From an uncultured Lentisphaerota bacterium (GTDB lineage Bacteria; Verrucomicrobiota; Kiritimatiellia; RFP12; UBA1067), in contig ONVK01000002.1 of assembly GCA_900321255.1 (NCBI GenBank), positions 7,856-71,855 of the forward strand: a stretch of DNA of 64,000 nucleotides. The letters are read 5' to 3'. The position numbers and the translations under genes were made by a program. Positions 8,272-15,548 of the stretch are shown in pieces. A model generated the notes under the pieces. The model ran no database searches, was not told where the DNA came from, and saw only the letters and a program-made list of their open reading frames with translations. The first letter of the stretch is position 1. Each line of letters starts with the position of its first letter.

Positions 8272-9345
8272 CTATCGCTGGACGCGCGCGTTCCCCGCGT
8301 ACACATCCCACACCTGCTTCTCGTCTGCAGGTTCCGCATAGTCGTTCAGCGAGCTCGCCGCCATCACGCCGGACGCCCAGCCGAACTGGAGGCACTTCTC
8401 GGCGCTCCAGCCGTTTACGACGCCGTAGAGGAGCCCGCCCGTGAAGCCGTCGCCGCCGCCGATGCGGTCCAGCACCTGGATTGTGCGCGGCTCCTCGACG
8501 TAGAACTTGCCGCCGGCGTAGACGATTGCGCCCCAGAGGTGTTCGTCAGCCGCGACGACCTGACGGAGCGTCGTGCCGTACATCTTCGCGTTCGGATACT
8601 TCTTCGTCACCTGGAGAATCATCTCCTTGAAACGGTCGATCTTGCCCTTGAGGTCCTTGCCGCCGGCCTCAGGCCCCTTGAATCCCAGGCACAGCTGGAA
8701 ATCCTCCTCGTTTCCGACGAGGATGTCGGCGACCGAAGCGATCTTGTGGAACGCCTTGGACAGCTCCGCCTCGCGGCCCTTCCAGAACGTCGCGCGGTAG
8801 TTGAGGTCGAAGCTAACCAGTACGCCGTACTTCTTCGCGTCGGCAGCGAGCTTGAGGCAGCATTTCGTCGTCTCTGGCGACATTGCGGCGATGAGGCCGG
8901 AGAGGTGCAGCACCTGGACCCCGTCCTTGCCGAAGAGCTTCTTCGTGTCGTAGTCCTTCGCATCGAGCGTGCGGCCGACTTCGCCGGCACGGTCGTTCCA
9001 GACGCGGGGCGCTCGGAGGCCAAAGCCGGAGTCTGCGATGTTGAACTGGTGGCGGAAGCCCCACGGCCCGCCCTGCGGCACGTCGGGCCCGACGTACGCG
9101 ATGTTGCGCGAGCGCAGCTGCGCCTTGATGAACGCCGCCATCGGCGAACCCTCGACGAAACGCGTCAGCACGAGGCATTCGCGCCCAAGGGAGCTGGTCA
9201 CGTTGAGGACATTCGTCTCGGCACTCGTCGCCTGTAGGTAGAACCGATTCGAGTTGTGGACCGCCATGCGGTTTTCGGGGGTTATGCGAAGCCCCATCGA
9301 AGACACGCATGCCACGGCGTATTTCGCGTTTTTCTTGACTTTCAT
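8272..9345 (-). CDS. PfkB-family sugar kinase, 2-dehydro-3-deoxygluconokinase (KdgK)-like
   Basis: Start trimmed to ATG 9345 (AGGAG at 9351-9355). PfkB signature DRIGGGDGFTGGLLYG near the C-terminus. Adjacent to an ExuT-like transporter. Confidence 0.7.
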   Translation of the reverse strand: MKVKKNAKYAVACVSSMGLRITPENRMAVHNSNRFYLQATSAETNVLNVTSSLGRECLVLTRFVEGSPMAAFIKAQLRSRNIAYVGPDVPQGGPWGFRHQFNIADSGFGLRAPRVWNDRAGEVGRTLDAKDYDTKKLFGKDGVQVLHLSGLIAAMSPETTKCCLKLAADAKKYGVLVSFDLNYRATFWKGREAELSKAFHKIASVADILVGNEEDFQLCLGFKGPEAGGKDLKGKIDRFKEMILQVTKKYPNAKMYGTTLRQVVAADEHLWGAIVYAGGKFYVEEPRTIQVLDRIGGGDGFTGGLLYGVVNGWSAEKCLQFGWASGVMAASSLNDYAEPADEKQVWDVYAGNARVQR

Positions 9346-9355
9346 GCTTTCTCCT

Positions 9356-10810
9356 TTACAGCTCAACCTTCTTGTAGTGCGGCACGAGGCCCTTCATAAA
9401 GCACCAACCGATGATGTACGCGACGGCGCAGTAGCTGAAGAGGACCATATAGCCGGCGGGCTTGCCGGTGTAGCCGCAGAACGCAAACGCGTCGCCCTTG
9501 TCGGCCGCGTAGGTAAAGAGCTTGCCGGCGCACTTGTTCACCATGAAGCTGCCGCATCCCGCGGCGAACTGGGCGATGCCGGTCAAGGTGCCGATCGTCG
9601 ACTTCGGGAACATGTCGCCGACGACGGAGTAGACGTTCGCGGACCACGCCTGGTGACCTGCGCACGCGAGGCCGATGAGAACCGCGACGCCCATTGCGGC
9701 GAGGAATTTCTGCATGTTGACCGCAAGGGCGCTCCCGAACACGCCGAGCGGCTGAGCGCCGAGCGCGAGGAGCGGGAAGCACGCGAAGATGAACATCGCG
9801 ACCATCCGCCCCTCGTAGGCGTTCATGCCGCGCTTGTCGACCATGTAGGTCGGTATCTTGCAGAGCCCGATCGAGACGAAGGTGACGATCGCGTAGAGCG
9901 AGAAGATCAGCACCATCCCTTCAAGGGTGTCGCTCTTGTAGCCGAACTGGTCGGAGAAGTAGCCGGGAGTCCAGAACAGGAAGAACCACCACACGCCATC
10001 CGTGAGGAAGCGGCCAAAGACGAGCGACCACGTCTGGCGCAGCGAGAACGCCTTGCCGTAGGAGATCTTCTTTTCTTCACCTTCACCCTCACCCTTAGCC
10101 TTAACCTCTTCACCCGCCTCGTCCGACTCGATGTACTTGAGCTCCGCGGCGTTGACGCGAGGGTTCTCGGCGGGTTTCTTGTAGAGCCAGACCCAGAAGC
10201 CCATCCAGACGAAGCCGAGCGCGCCGATGACGATGAACGCCATCTCCCAGCCCCAGAACTTCGCGATGATCGGAATCGTGAGCGGCGCGGCAAGTGCGCC
10301 GACGGAAGAGCCGGAGTTGAAGATCGAGGTCGCGAACGCGCGGTCCTTCTTGGGGAAGTACTCGGCCGTCACCTTGATCGCCGCGGGGAAGTTGCCCGCT
10401 TCGCCGAGCGCGAGGACGGCGCGGCAGGCGAGGAAGAGCCACACGGACGCCGTGATGCCCATCATCGCGACGAAGCCGGCGGCCTTGAGCGCGGAAGTGC
10501 CGACGCCGCAGCCCGCGTGGAGGCAAGCGCCGAGCGACCAGATGAAGATCGCCCACAGATACCCCTTCTTCGTGCCGAGCTTGTCGATGAACTTGCCGGC
10601 GAAGAGATTGCACAGGGCGTAGATGATCGAGAACACCGCCGTGATCGTGCCGTAGTCGTTGTCGGTCCAGCCGAACTCCGGAGAGATGAAATCCTTCCAT
10701 GTGAGCGACAGGACCTGGCGGTCGAGGTAGTTTACGGTAGTTGCAAAAAACAGCAACGCACAGATGACCCAGCGGAAGTTGGACATCACAGTAGAAGGCT
10801 TTTCGTTCAT
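9356..10810 (-). CDS. MFS transporter, hexuronate (ExuT/ACS family)-like
   Basis: Start trimmed to ATG 10810 (MNEKPSTVMSNFRWVICALLFFATTVNYLDRQVLS, an ACS-family N-terminus). About 12 TM segments with a Glu/Lys-rich central loop. The start lies 7 nt downstream of a TATAAT. Confidence 0.75.
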   Translation of the reverse strand: MNEKPSTVMSNFRWVICALLFFATTVNYLDRQVLSLTWKDFISPEFGWTDNDYGTITAVFSIIYALCNLFAGKFIDKLGTKKGYLWAIFIWSLGACLHAGCGVGTSALKAAGFVAMMGITASVWLFLACRAVLALGEAGNFPAAIKVTAEYFPKKDRAFATSIFNSGSSVGALAAPLTIPIIAKFWGWEMAFIVIGALGFVWMGFWVWLYKKPAENPRVNAAELKYIESDEAGEEVKAKGEGEGEEKKISYGKAFSLRQTWSLVFGRFLTDGVWWFFLFWTPGYFSDQFGYKSDTLEGMVLIFSLYAIVTFVSIGLCKIPTYMVDKRGMNAYEGRMVAMFIFACFPLLALGAQPLGVFGSALAVNMQKFLAAMGVAVLIGLACAGHQAWSANVYSVVGDMFPKSTIGTLTGIAQFAAGCGSFMVNKCAGKLFTYAADKGDAFAFCGYTGKPAGYMVLFSYCAVAYIIGWCFMKGLVPHYKKVEL

Positions 10811-10817
10811 AGGCATA

Positions 10818-10829
10818 ATTATACCAAAT
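10818..10829 (-). promoter_or_regulatory. Extended -10 promoter (ATTTGGTATAAT) of the ExuT-like gene; leaderless arrangement
   Basis: TATAAT at 10823-10818. ATG 10810 lies 7 nt downstream. No SD. Confidence 0.55.
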
Positions 10830-10877
10830 CTGCTCCGCCCCGCGCCACACCGAAATGCCGAAAAACAGGCAGAGCGG

Positions 10878-11747
10878 CTATGCACGGATCCGCAGGGCGG
10901 CGCCGGCAAAGGCGGCGGCGAGAACCGCCGGAACGGCCGCGAGCGCAGCCACGGCGACGTAGGCCCACGGTATCGTTCCTCCGCGCGAAAGCGCGTTGGA
11001 AAGACAGTAGTTCCCCGCGAACGGAAGAAACGCCGCGACAAGAACTGCGCACACGGCGCTCGCCGCGTTCATCTTCAAATGCGCCGCCGCAGAAGTAGCC
11101 GCCATCGCGAAGAACGCCGCCGGCACGAACAGCAGCGCCATCGCCGGAAGAAGCCCGACAAGCGAAACTTCCGGCCGGTACACGAGCGACGCCGCGGCGA
11201 TGACAAGCGTCGTCACAAACGCGGACAGCGCGAACCTAAAGCGGAACACGCGGTTCAGAAAAGCGCCGACAACATACGGAAGCACGACGCTCGCGACGCC
11301 GCACGCGTAGGAGACGCCCCACAGTCTCGGGATGTCTCCGGTCTTCTTCGCCACCGCCGCGCCGATAAGCGAGCCGTTCACGATGACAGCCGTGACGGCG
11401 CATAGCGCAAGCGCGAAAAGCGCGAACGCGGCGTATGCGCCGCATGCCTTGGCGAGGAGAAACTGCACGCGCGAGACGGGATGAGAAAGCGCAACAGCCG
11501 CGGTGCCGCTCTCGAACTCCCGGCGGACGGACCGCGCGGCGCCTACGACCACGAAGATCGTGCCGCCCACGAACAGCGCCGAAAGCCCGGCGTCACGCGC
11601 CATGCGCGCCGGCTCGCCGAACTGATGGTAGTGGAAGGCGGGCGCAAACACCGCGATGGCGAGCGACGCCGTCAGGACAAGAAGCGACAACGGCTCTGCG
11701 AGAATCTCGAGAGCCGTCGTTTTCGCTATAGCCCAAAAGCGTCTCAC
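10878..11747 (-). CDS. Polytopic membrane protein, ABC-2-type permease-like
   Basis: 289 aa with about 6 TM segments. The N-terminus MRRFWAIAKTTALEILAEPLSLLVL resembles ABC-2/GldF-type permeases. GTG start overlaps the upstream stop (GTGA). No ATPase partner is present in the window. Confidence 0.4.
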   Translation of the reverse strand: MRRFWAIAKTTALEILAEPLSLLVLTASLAIAVFAPAFHYHQFGEPARMARDAGLSALFVGGTIFVVVGAARSVRREFESGTAAVALSHPVSRVQFLLAKACGAYAAFALFALALCAVTAVIVNGSLIGAAVAKKTGDIPRLWGVSYACGVASVVLPYVVGAFLNRVFRFRFALSAFVTTLVIAAASLVYRPEVSLVGLLPAMALLFVPAAFFAMAATSAAAHLKMNAASAVCAVLVAAFLPFAGNYCLSNALSRGGTIPWAYVAVAALAAVPAVLAAAFAGAALRIRA

Positions 11748-12673
11748 TGACCCCAGCCGCAGCCGCCGCAGAAGAGAGGCAGCTGGGCGTCAAGGAGGAG
11801 GAAATAGCCAAGAGCGCCGATGACGACGCACGCCGCCAACTGGAAGACGATCCCCGTGATCGTCGCACCTGTCGAAAGCGAGGGCACGGCATTCGCCGGC
11901 ACGGGCGCCGCAGCGGGAGCCGCAGCCGCAGGCGCGGCGGCAGGCATGTCGGGAATGTCCGGGATGTCGGCGACATCACCGCCTTCGGCGGCAGGAGCGG
12001 CAGGCGCCGCGGCCGCGCCGGGCTTCTTTATGCCGAACTTGCCGGAAGGACGAACCGCGCCTGGGCGCGCGATCTTGAGAGTCTTGCGCTGCGTGAGCGT
12101 CGGGGATGGAGCCGCGGCCGCGGGCTGGGACGGCTGCTCGGCAGCTGGCTCCGCCGCGGGAGCTGGAGCTGCGGCAGGAGCGGACGGCGCGGGCTTCGCG
12201 ATCGAATCGGGACGCTTGATGCGTATCGTCTTGATCGGAGCCGCCTCGTTCTGCACGGGCGCAACGCCGAGCGCGTCGGAGAGGGAGATGCGGGCCGTCC
12301 TGGACTTTGACGCCTGCTTCTGCGCCTCGGTGAGATCCTGGTCGGCGATGATGCCGGTCTTGCGGAGAATCGCCTGCTGGGGAATCTCCTGAGTGACGCC
12401 CTTCAGCTTCTGCGTCACCGACTTGAGCTGCTCCATCGCCCCGCCGCCCTGCTGCGCTGGCGCGGGAGCCGCGGCGGGCGCGCTCGTGGCGGCGGGAGGC
12501 TGAGTCGGGAGCTTCATCCCCGGGCGGATGCCGGGCTTGCCAAGAGCGGTCGCGCCGATTGTCGGCTTCCTGATGACCGGCTTAAGCTTGAGAGTGGAAG
12601 CGCGAGGCTTCGCAAGCGGGTTCGCGGGCGGCGGCTCTTTACCGGCTACCGGTGTCACGTTCTCTTCTGCCAT
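11744..12673 (-). CDS. Ala/Pro-rich tail-anchored hypothetical protein
   Basis: 309 aa. ATG 12673 with GGGAGG upstream. Low-complexity Ala/Pro stretches are punctuated by basic motifs LKLKPVIRKP, IRIKRPDS, LKIARPG, FGIKKPG. Single C-terminal TM segment ending CGGCGWGQ. Confidence 0.5.
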   Translation of the reverse strand: MAEENVTPVAGKEPPPANPLAKPRASTLKLKPVIRKPTIGATALGKPGIRPGMKLPTQPPAATSAPAAAPAPAQQGGGAMEQLKSVTQKLKGVTQEIPQQAILRKTGIIADQDLTEAQKQASKSRTARISLSDALGVAPVQNEAAPIKTIRIKRPDSIAKPAPSAPAAAPAPAAEPAAEQPSQPAAAAPSPTLTQRKTLKIARPGAVRPSGKFGIKKPGAAAAPAAPAAEGGDVADIPDIPDMPAAAPAAAAPAAAPVPANAVPSLSTGATITGIVFQLAACVVIGALGYFLLLDAQLPLFCGGCGWGQ

Positions 12674-12690
12674 GTCTGACCTCCCATTTA

Positions 12691-12732
12691 AACTTCAAAC
12701 TATAAACTTTATACTTCAAACTTCAAACTTTA
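12691..12732. repeat. Heptad tandem array (AACTTNA) x6
   Basis: AACTTCA AACTATA AACTTTA TACTTCA AACTTCA AACTTTA with exact 7-nt phasing. The last unit contains the frr stop codon. Confidence 0.9.
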
Positions 12733-13293
12733 TACGGCCAACACTTCGGCTTCCTTGGCTTTGAGCTCGGCGTCGATCTTGGCGATGCCGTCGTCGGTCG
12801 CCTTCTGGATCTTGTCGAGTCCCTGCTTCATGTCGTCCTCGGAAATCTTCTTGTCCTTCTCGAGCTTCTTGACCGCGTCGTTCGCGTCGCGGCGGACATT
12901 GCGCATCGCGACCTTCTGGGCCTCGGCCTGGGTCTTCGCGACCTTGACGATCTCCTTGCGGCGCTCCTCGTTGAGTTCGGGGACGGTGATGCGGAGAACC
13001 TTGCCGTCGGTCTGCGGCGTCACGCCGATGTTCGCGGCGAGAATCGCCTTGTTCATCGCGTCAAGCACCGTCGGGTCGAACGGGGCGATCTTGATCTGGC
13101 GGGGCTCAGGCGTCGAAATCGTGCCGAGGTTCTTGATCGGCGTCGGGCAGCCGTAGTAGTCGACCTTGATCTGGTCGACCATCGCAGGGCTCGCCTTGCC
13201 CGTGCGCAGACCCGCGAACTGAGACTTCAGCGTCTCGAAGCTCTTGCCGATCTTCGCAGTCGCGTCATTCAGAACTTCCTGAACAGTTTCCAT
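12730..13293 (-). CDS. frr: Ribosome recycling factor
   Basis: 187 aa. LRTGKASPAMVDQIKVDYYG, ISTPEPRQIKIAPFD, LRITVPELNEERRKEIVK, RNVRRDAND are canonical Frr blocks. Confidence 0.95.
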   Translation of the reverse strand: METVQEVLNDATAKIGKSFETLKSQFAGLRTGKASPAMVDQIKVDYYGCPTPIKNLGTISTPEPRQIKIAPFDPTVLDAMNKAILAANIGVTPQTDGKVLRITVPELNEERRKEIVKVAKTQAEAQKVAMRNVRRDANDAVKKLEKDKKISEDDMKQGLDKIQKATDDGIAKIDAELKAKEAEVLAV

Positions 13294-13315
13294 CTTTTTT
13301 TACTCCAGTCTTTTC

Positions 13316-13370
13316 AACTTTTAAACTTTAAACCTTTAACTTCAAACTTTAAACTAAAAACTTTCAACTC
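13316..13370. repeat. Heptad tandem array (AACTTNA-like) x8
   Basis: AACT(T/A/C) recurs at 13316, 13324, 13331, 13338, 13345, 13352, 13359 and 13366. Spans the pyrH stop and the whole pyrH-frr spacer. Confidence 0.9.
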
Positions 13371-14092
13371 ACCACCGTGCCTATCGTCTTGCCGCGCACG
13401 ACGCCCTCAAGCGCCTTGGGGTCGAAGAAGTCAAACACGACGATCGGGATGTTGTTGTCCATGCAGAGCGCGAAAGCGGCGGAGTCCATCACCTTCAGCC
13501 GCTTCTCAAGCGCAGTCTCGTACTTGAGAGAGCCGTACTTCTTCGCGTTCGGGTCCTTCTTCGGGTCAGCCGTGTAGATGCCGTCGACCTTCGTCGCCTT
13601 CAGAAGCGCGTCCGCGCCGATCTCGCTCGCCTTGAGCGCAGCGGCGGAGTCGGTCGAGAAATACGGATTGCCGGTTCCGCCGCCGAATATCACGACGCGG
13701 CCCTTCTCGAAGTGCCTAAGCGCGCGCCTCTGTATGAACGGCTCGGCGAGCTTCGGCATCTCGATCGAAGTCATCACTCGCGTGGGAACGCCGATCGACT
13801 CGAGCGCGTTCATCATCGCGAGCGCGTTGATGATCGTCGCGAGCATGCCCATTGAGTCGCCCGTGACGCGGTTGACGCCCTTCCCGGCGCCGGTGAGCCC
13901 GCGGAAGATGTTGCCGCCGCCGAGAACTATGCCGACCTCCACGCCCATAGCGTGGATTTTCTTTATGCGCTCGGCCATGAAAGCGAGGTTCTTCGGGTCG
14001 ATGCACTCGCCCGTCGCCTTGTTGCCGAGCACCTCGCCGGAGAGTTTCAGCAGTATCCGGCGGTACTTGACTTTGCAGGAAGATTTCTTCAC
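13364..14092 (-). CDS. pyrH: UMP kinase
   Basis: [66 protein letters not shown]. There is no ATG upstream of the KLSGE motif. In-frame GTG 14092 was chosen; it lies 7 nt after a TGATATACT extended -10. Confidence 0.88.
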   Translation of the reverse strand: MKKSSCKVKYRRILLKLSGEVLGNKATGECIDPKNLAFMAERIKKIHAMGVEVGIVLGGGNIFRGLTGAGKGVNRVTGDSMGMLATIINALAMMNALESIGVPTRVMTSIEMPKLAEPFIQRRALRHFEKGRVVIFGGGTGNPYFSTDSAAALKASEIGADALLKATKVDGIYTADPKKDPNAKKYGSLKYETALEKRLKVMDSAAFALCMDNNIPIVVFDFFDPKALEGVVRGKTIGTVVS

Positions 14093-14099
14093 GCCGTAA

Positions 14100-14112
14100 A
14101 GTATATCAAAAA
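14100..14112 (-). promoter_or_regulatory. Extended -10 promoter (TTTTTGATATACT) of pyrH
   Basis: TGATATACT. The GTG start 14092 lies 7 nt downstream of the hexamer. Confidence 0.45.
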
Positions 14113-14144
14113 TCCCCTTCGGCGGCAATAGAACACCCGCCGAA
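14106..14144 (-). terminator. Possible intrinsic terminator after the metallophosphoesterase gene
   Basis: 8-bp stem TTCGGCGG/CCGCCGAA (14137-14144 with 14118-14125), then GGGGATTTTT on the minus strand. The U-tract sits 5 nt from the stem, so this is a weak call. Confidence 0.35.
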
Positions 14145-14145
14145 T

Positions 14146-14877
14146 TCACTGCCCTATGGCAAGGCGGGCGGCAAGGCGCTCGGGAAGACCGGCCCTGCGG
14201 ACGCGCTCCTGCGCCGCCTCGATGTCGTATTCCAGCCTTCTGTAGCGGATCTTGCGCTCCTTGGGGTCGTATATGACATACGTCGCACGCGGATCGCCGT
14301 CGCGCGGCTGGCCAACGGAACCGACGTTGATGAAGTACTTGCGGCCGATCGGCAGCGCGAAGTCCTGCGCATCGATGCGGAAGACACCGTTCATCGACTT
14401 CTCGTAGATCATCGGGCAGTGCGTGTGGCCATGGAAGCATACGGGCGTCTTCTGGTTCAGGAAGTTCGCCTCGGCCTGGAGATTGTCGAAAACGTACCCG
14501 AAGTTCTCGGGTCTGTCCATTGTAGAGTGGACAAGCGTGATGCCCATCTGAGTGTGCGTGAACGGCAGGTTCCTGAGCCAGTACACCTCTTCGACCGACA
14601 GCTGCTTGCGCGTCCATTCCACGACGGCGGCGGCGGCGGGGTTGAAGTCGTCAAGGTTCTGGCGCGACGACACGTAGTAGTCGTGGTTGCCCACGACAAC
14701 CGGGCAGCCGAGTGCCCGCACTATCTCCATGCACTCGTGCGGACAGGCGTTGTAGCCAACCACGTCGCCGGTGCAGAGAAAATCCGTCACGCCCTGGGCG
14801 CGACAGTCGTCAAGGACCACGTTGAGCGCGTCCAGGTTGGCGTGTATGTCGCCGAGTATGGCAAACAGCTTTGACAT
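14146..14877 (-). CDS. Metallophosphoesterase (calcineurin-like, YfcE/MJ0936-type)
   Basis: [42 protein letters not shown] motifs. The start overlaps the ispD stop (TAATG). Confidence 0.8.
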   Translation of the reverse strand: MSKLFAILGDIHANLDALNVVLDDCRAQGVTDFLCTGDVVGYNACPHECMEIVRALGCPVVVGNHDYYVSSRQNLDDFNPAAAAVVEWTRKQLSVEEVYWLRNLPFTHTQMGITLVHSTMDRPENFGYVFDNLQAEANFLNQKTPVCFHGHTHCPMIYEKSMNGVFRIDAQDFALPIGRKYFINVGSVGQPRDGDPRATYVIYDPKERKIRYRRLEYDIEAAQERVRRAGLPERLAARLAIGQ

Positions 14878-15548
14878 TACTTAACGAGCAGTGCGCTTGC
14901 TATCTGAAGGTCTTCGACCGTCGTGATCTTGAAGTTCGGCTCCCTGTTCTCGTAGATGCGGACAGCCTCGCCGGAGAGCTCGACGGCCTGGCAGTCGTCG
15001 GTAACGTCGTTCTTGCCGAGCGATTTGTACGCGTTCTGGAGAACCCTGAAATTGAACGCCTGCGGCGTCTGCACCGCCCAGAGCTTTTCCCTTTCCTCCG
15101 TCGCCGAGACCAAAGTCCCCTTCTCGACGCGCTTGACGGTATCGGTCATGCGCCTACCGACTGTCGCGGCGCCGACGCGCTTCGCGAGCTTGACGACCTC
15201 GGATATCACTTCGGGGGTGACGCAGGGGCGCGCGCCGTCATGCACAACGACGAAACGCGTGTCGACGTCGCACACGGCGAGACCCGCCTGGACGGACTCC
15301 TGGCGCTTGTTGCCGCCAGGCACGACGGCGACCAGCTTCGATATCCCGAACATCTTCGCCACCGCCTTCGCGGCGAGCTGCTGCTCCTTGCGGACGACGA
15401 GGATGATCCTGTCGATGTCGGGGCATTTCTCGAACGCAATCAGCGACCAGGCGACGACGGGCCTGTTGCCGAGGCTCAGAAATGCCTTGTCGGTGCCGGT
15501 GCCCATCCGCTCTGACTTGCCGGCGGCCACTATTATCGCATTTGTCAT
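14877..15548 (-). CDS. ispD: 2-C-methyl-D-erythritol 4-phosphate cytidylyltransferase
   Basis: Start trimmed to ATG 15548 (overlaps the secA stop, ATGA). AIIVAAGKSERMG, VVVHDGARPCV, LWAVQTPQAF, VTDDCQAVE, NFKITTVEDL. Confidence 0.9.
   Translation of the reverse strand: MTNAIIVAAGKSERMGTGTDKAFLSLGNRPVVAWSLIAFEKCPDIDRIILVVRKEQQLAAKAVAKMFGISKLVAVVPGGNKRQESVQAGLAVCDVDTRFVVVHDGARPCVTPEVISEVVKLAKRVGAATVGRRMTDTVKRVEKGTLVSATEEREKLWAVQTPQAFNFRVLQNAYKSLGKNDVTDDCQAVELSGEAVRIYENREPNFKITTVEDLQIASALLVK

Noticed and set aside
6751-9237. 828-aa plus-strand ORF spanning the gnd and kdgK-like region
   Set aside because: It is antisense to two genes with unmistakable conserved motifs. Its translation is Arg/Ala/Leu/Val-rich low-complexity sequence, typical of shadow ORFs in high-GC DNA.
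11820-12392. 190-aa plus-strand Ala/Gly-rich ORF
   Set aside because: It is the antisense reading of the GCN-rich Ala/Pro protein gene. It has no start context, whereas the minus-strand frame has an SD, a TM anchor and translational coupling.
12691-13370. Heptad and octamer arrays as CRISPR arrays
   Set aside because: The units are 6-8 nt with no unique spacers, the arrays are under 80 bp, and no cas genes are present.
13364-14617. Long N-terminal extensions offered by the ORF track (13364..14617, 23537..25312, 5873..7006, 9356..11041, 41624..43225, 43787..45607, 1167..2225, 18662..21313)
   Set aside because: The extensions overlap upstream genes or promoters, have Arg/Pro-rich non-protein-like sequence, and precede clear N-terminal family motifs, signal peptides or SD sequences. 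Starts were trimmed accordingly.
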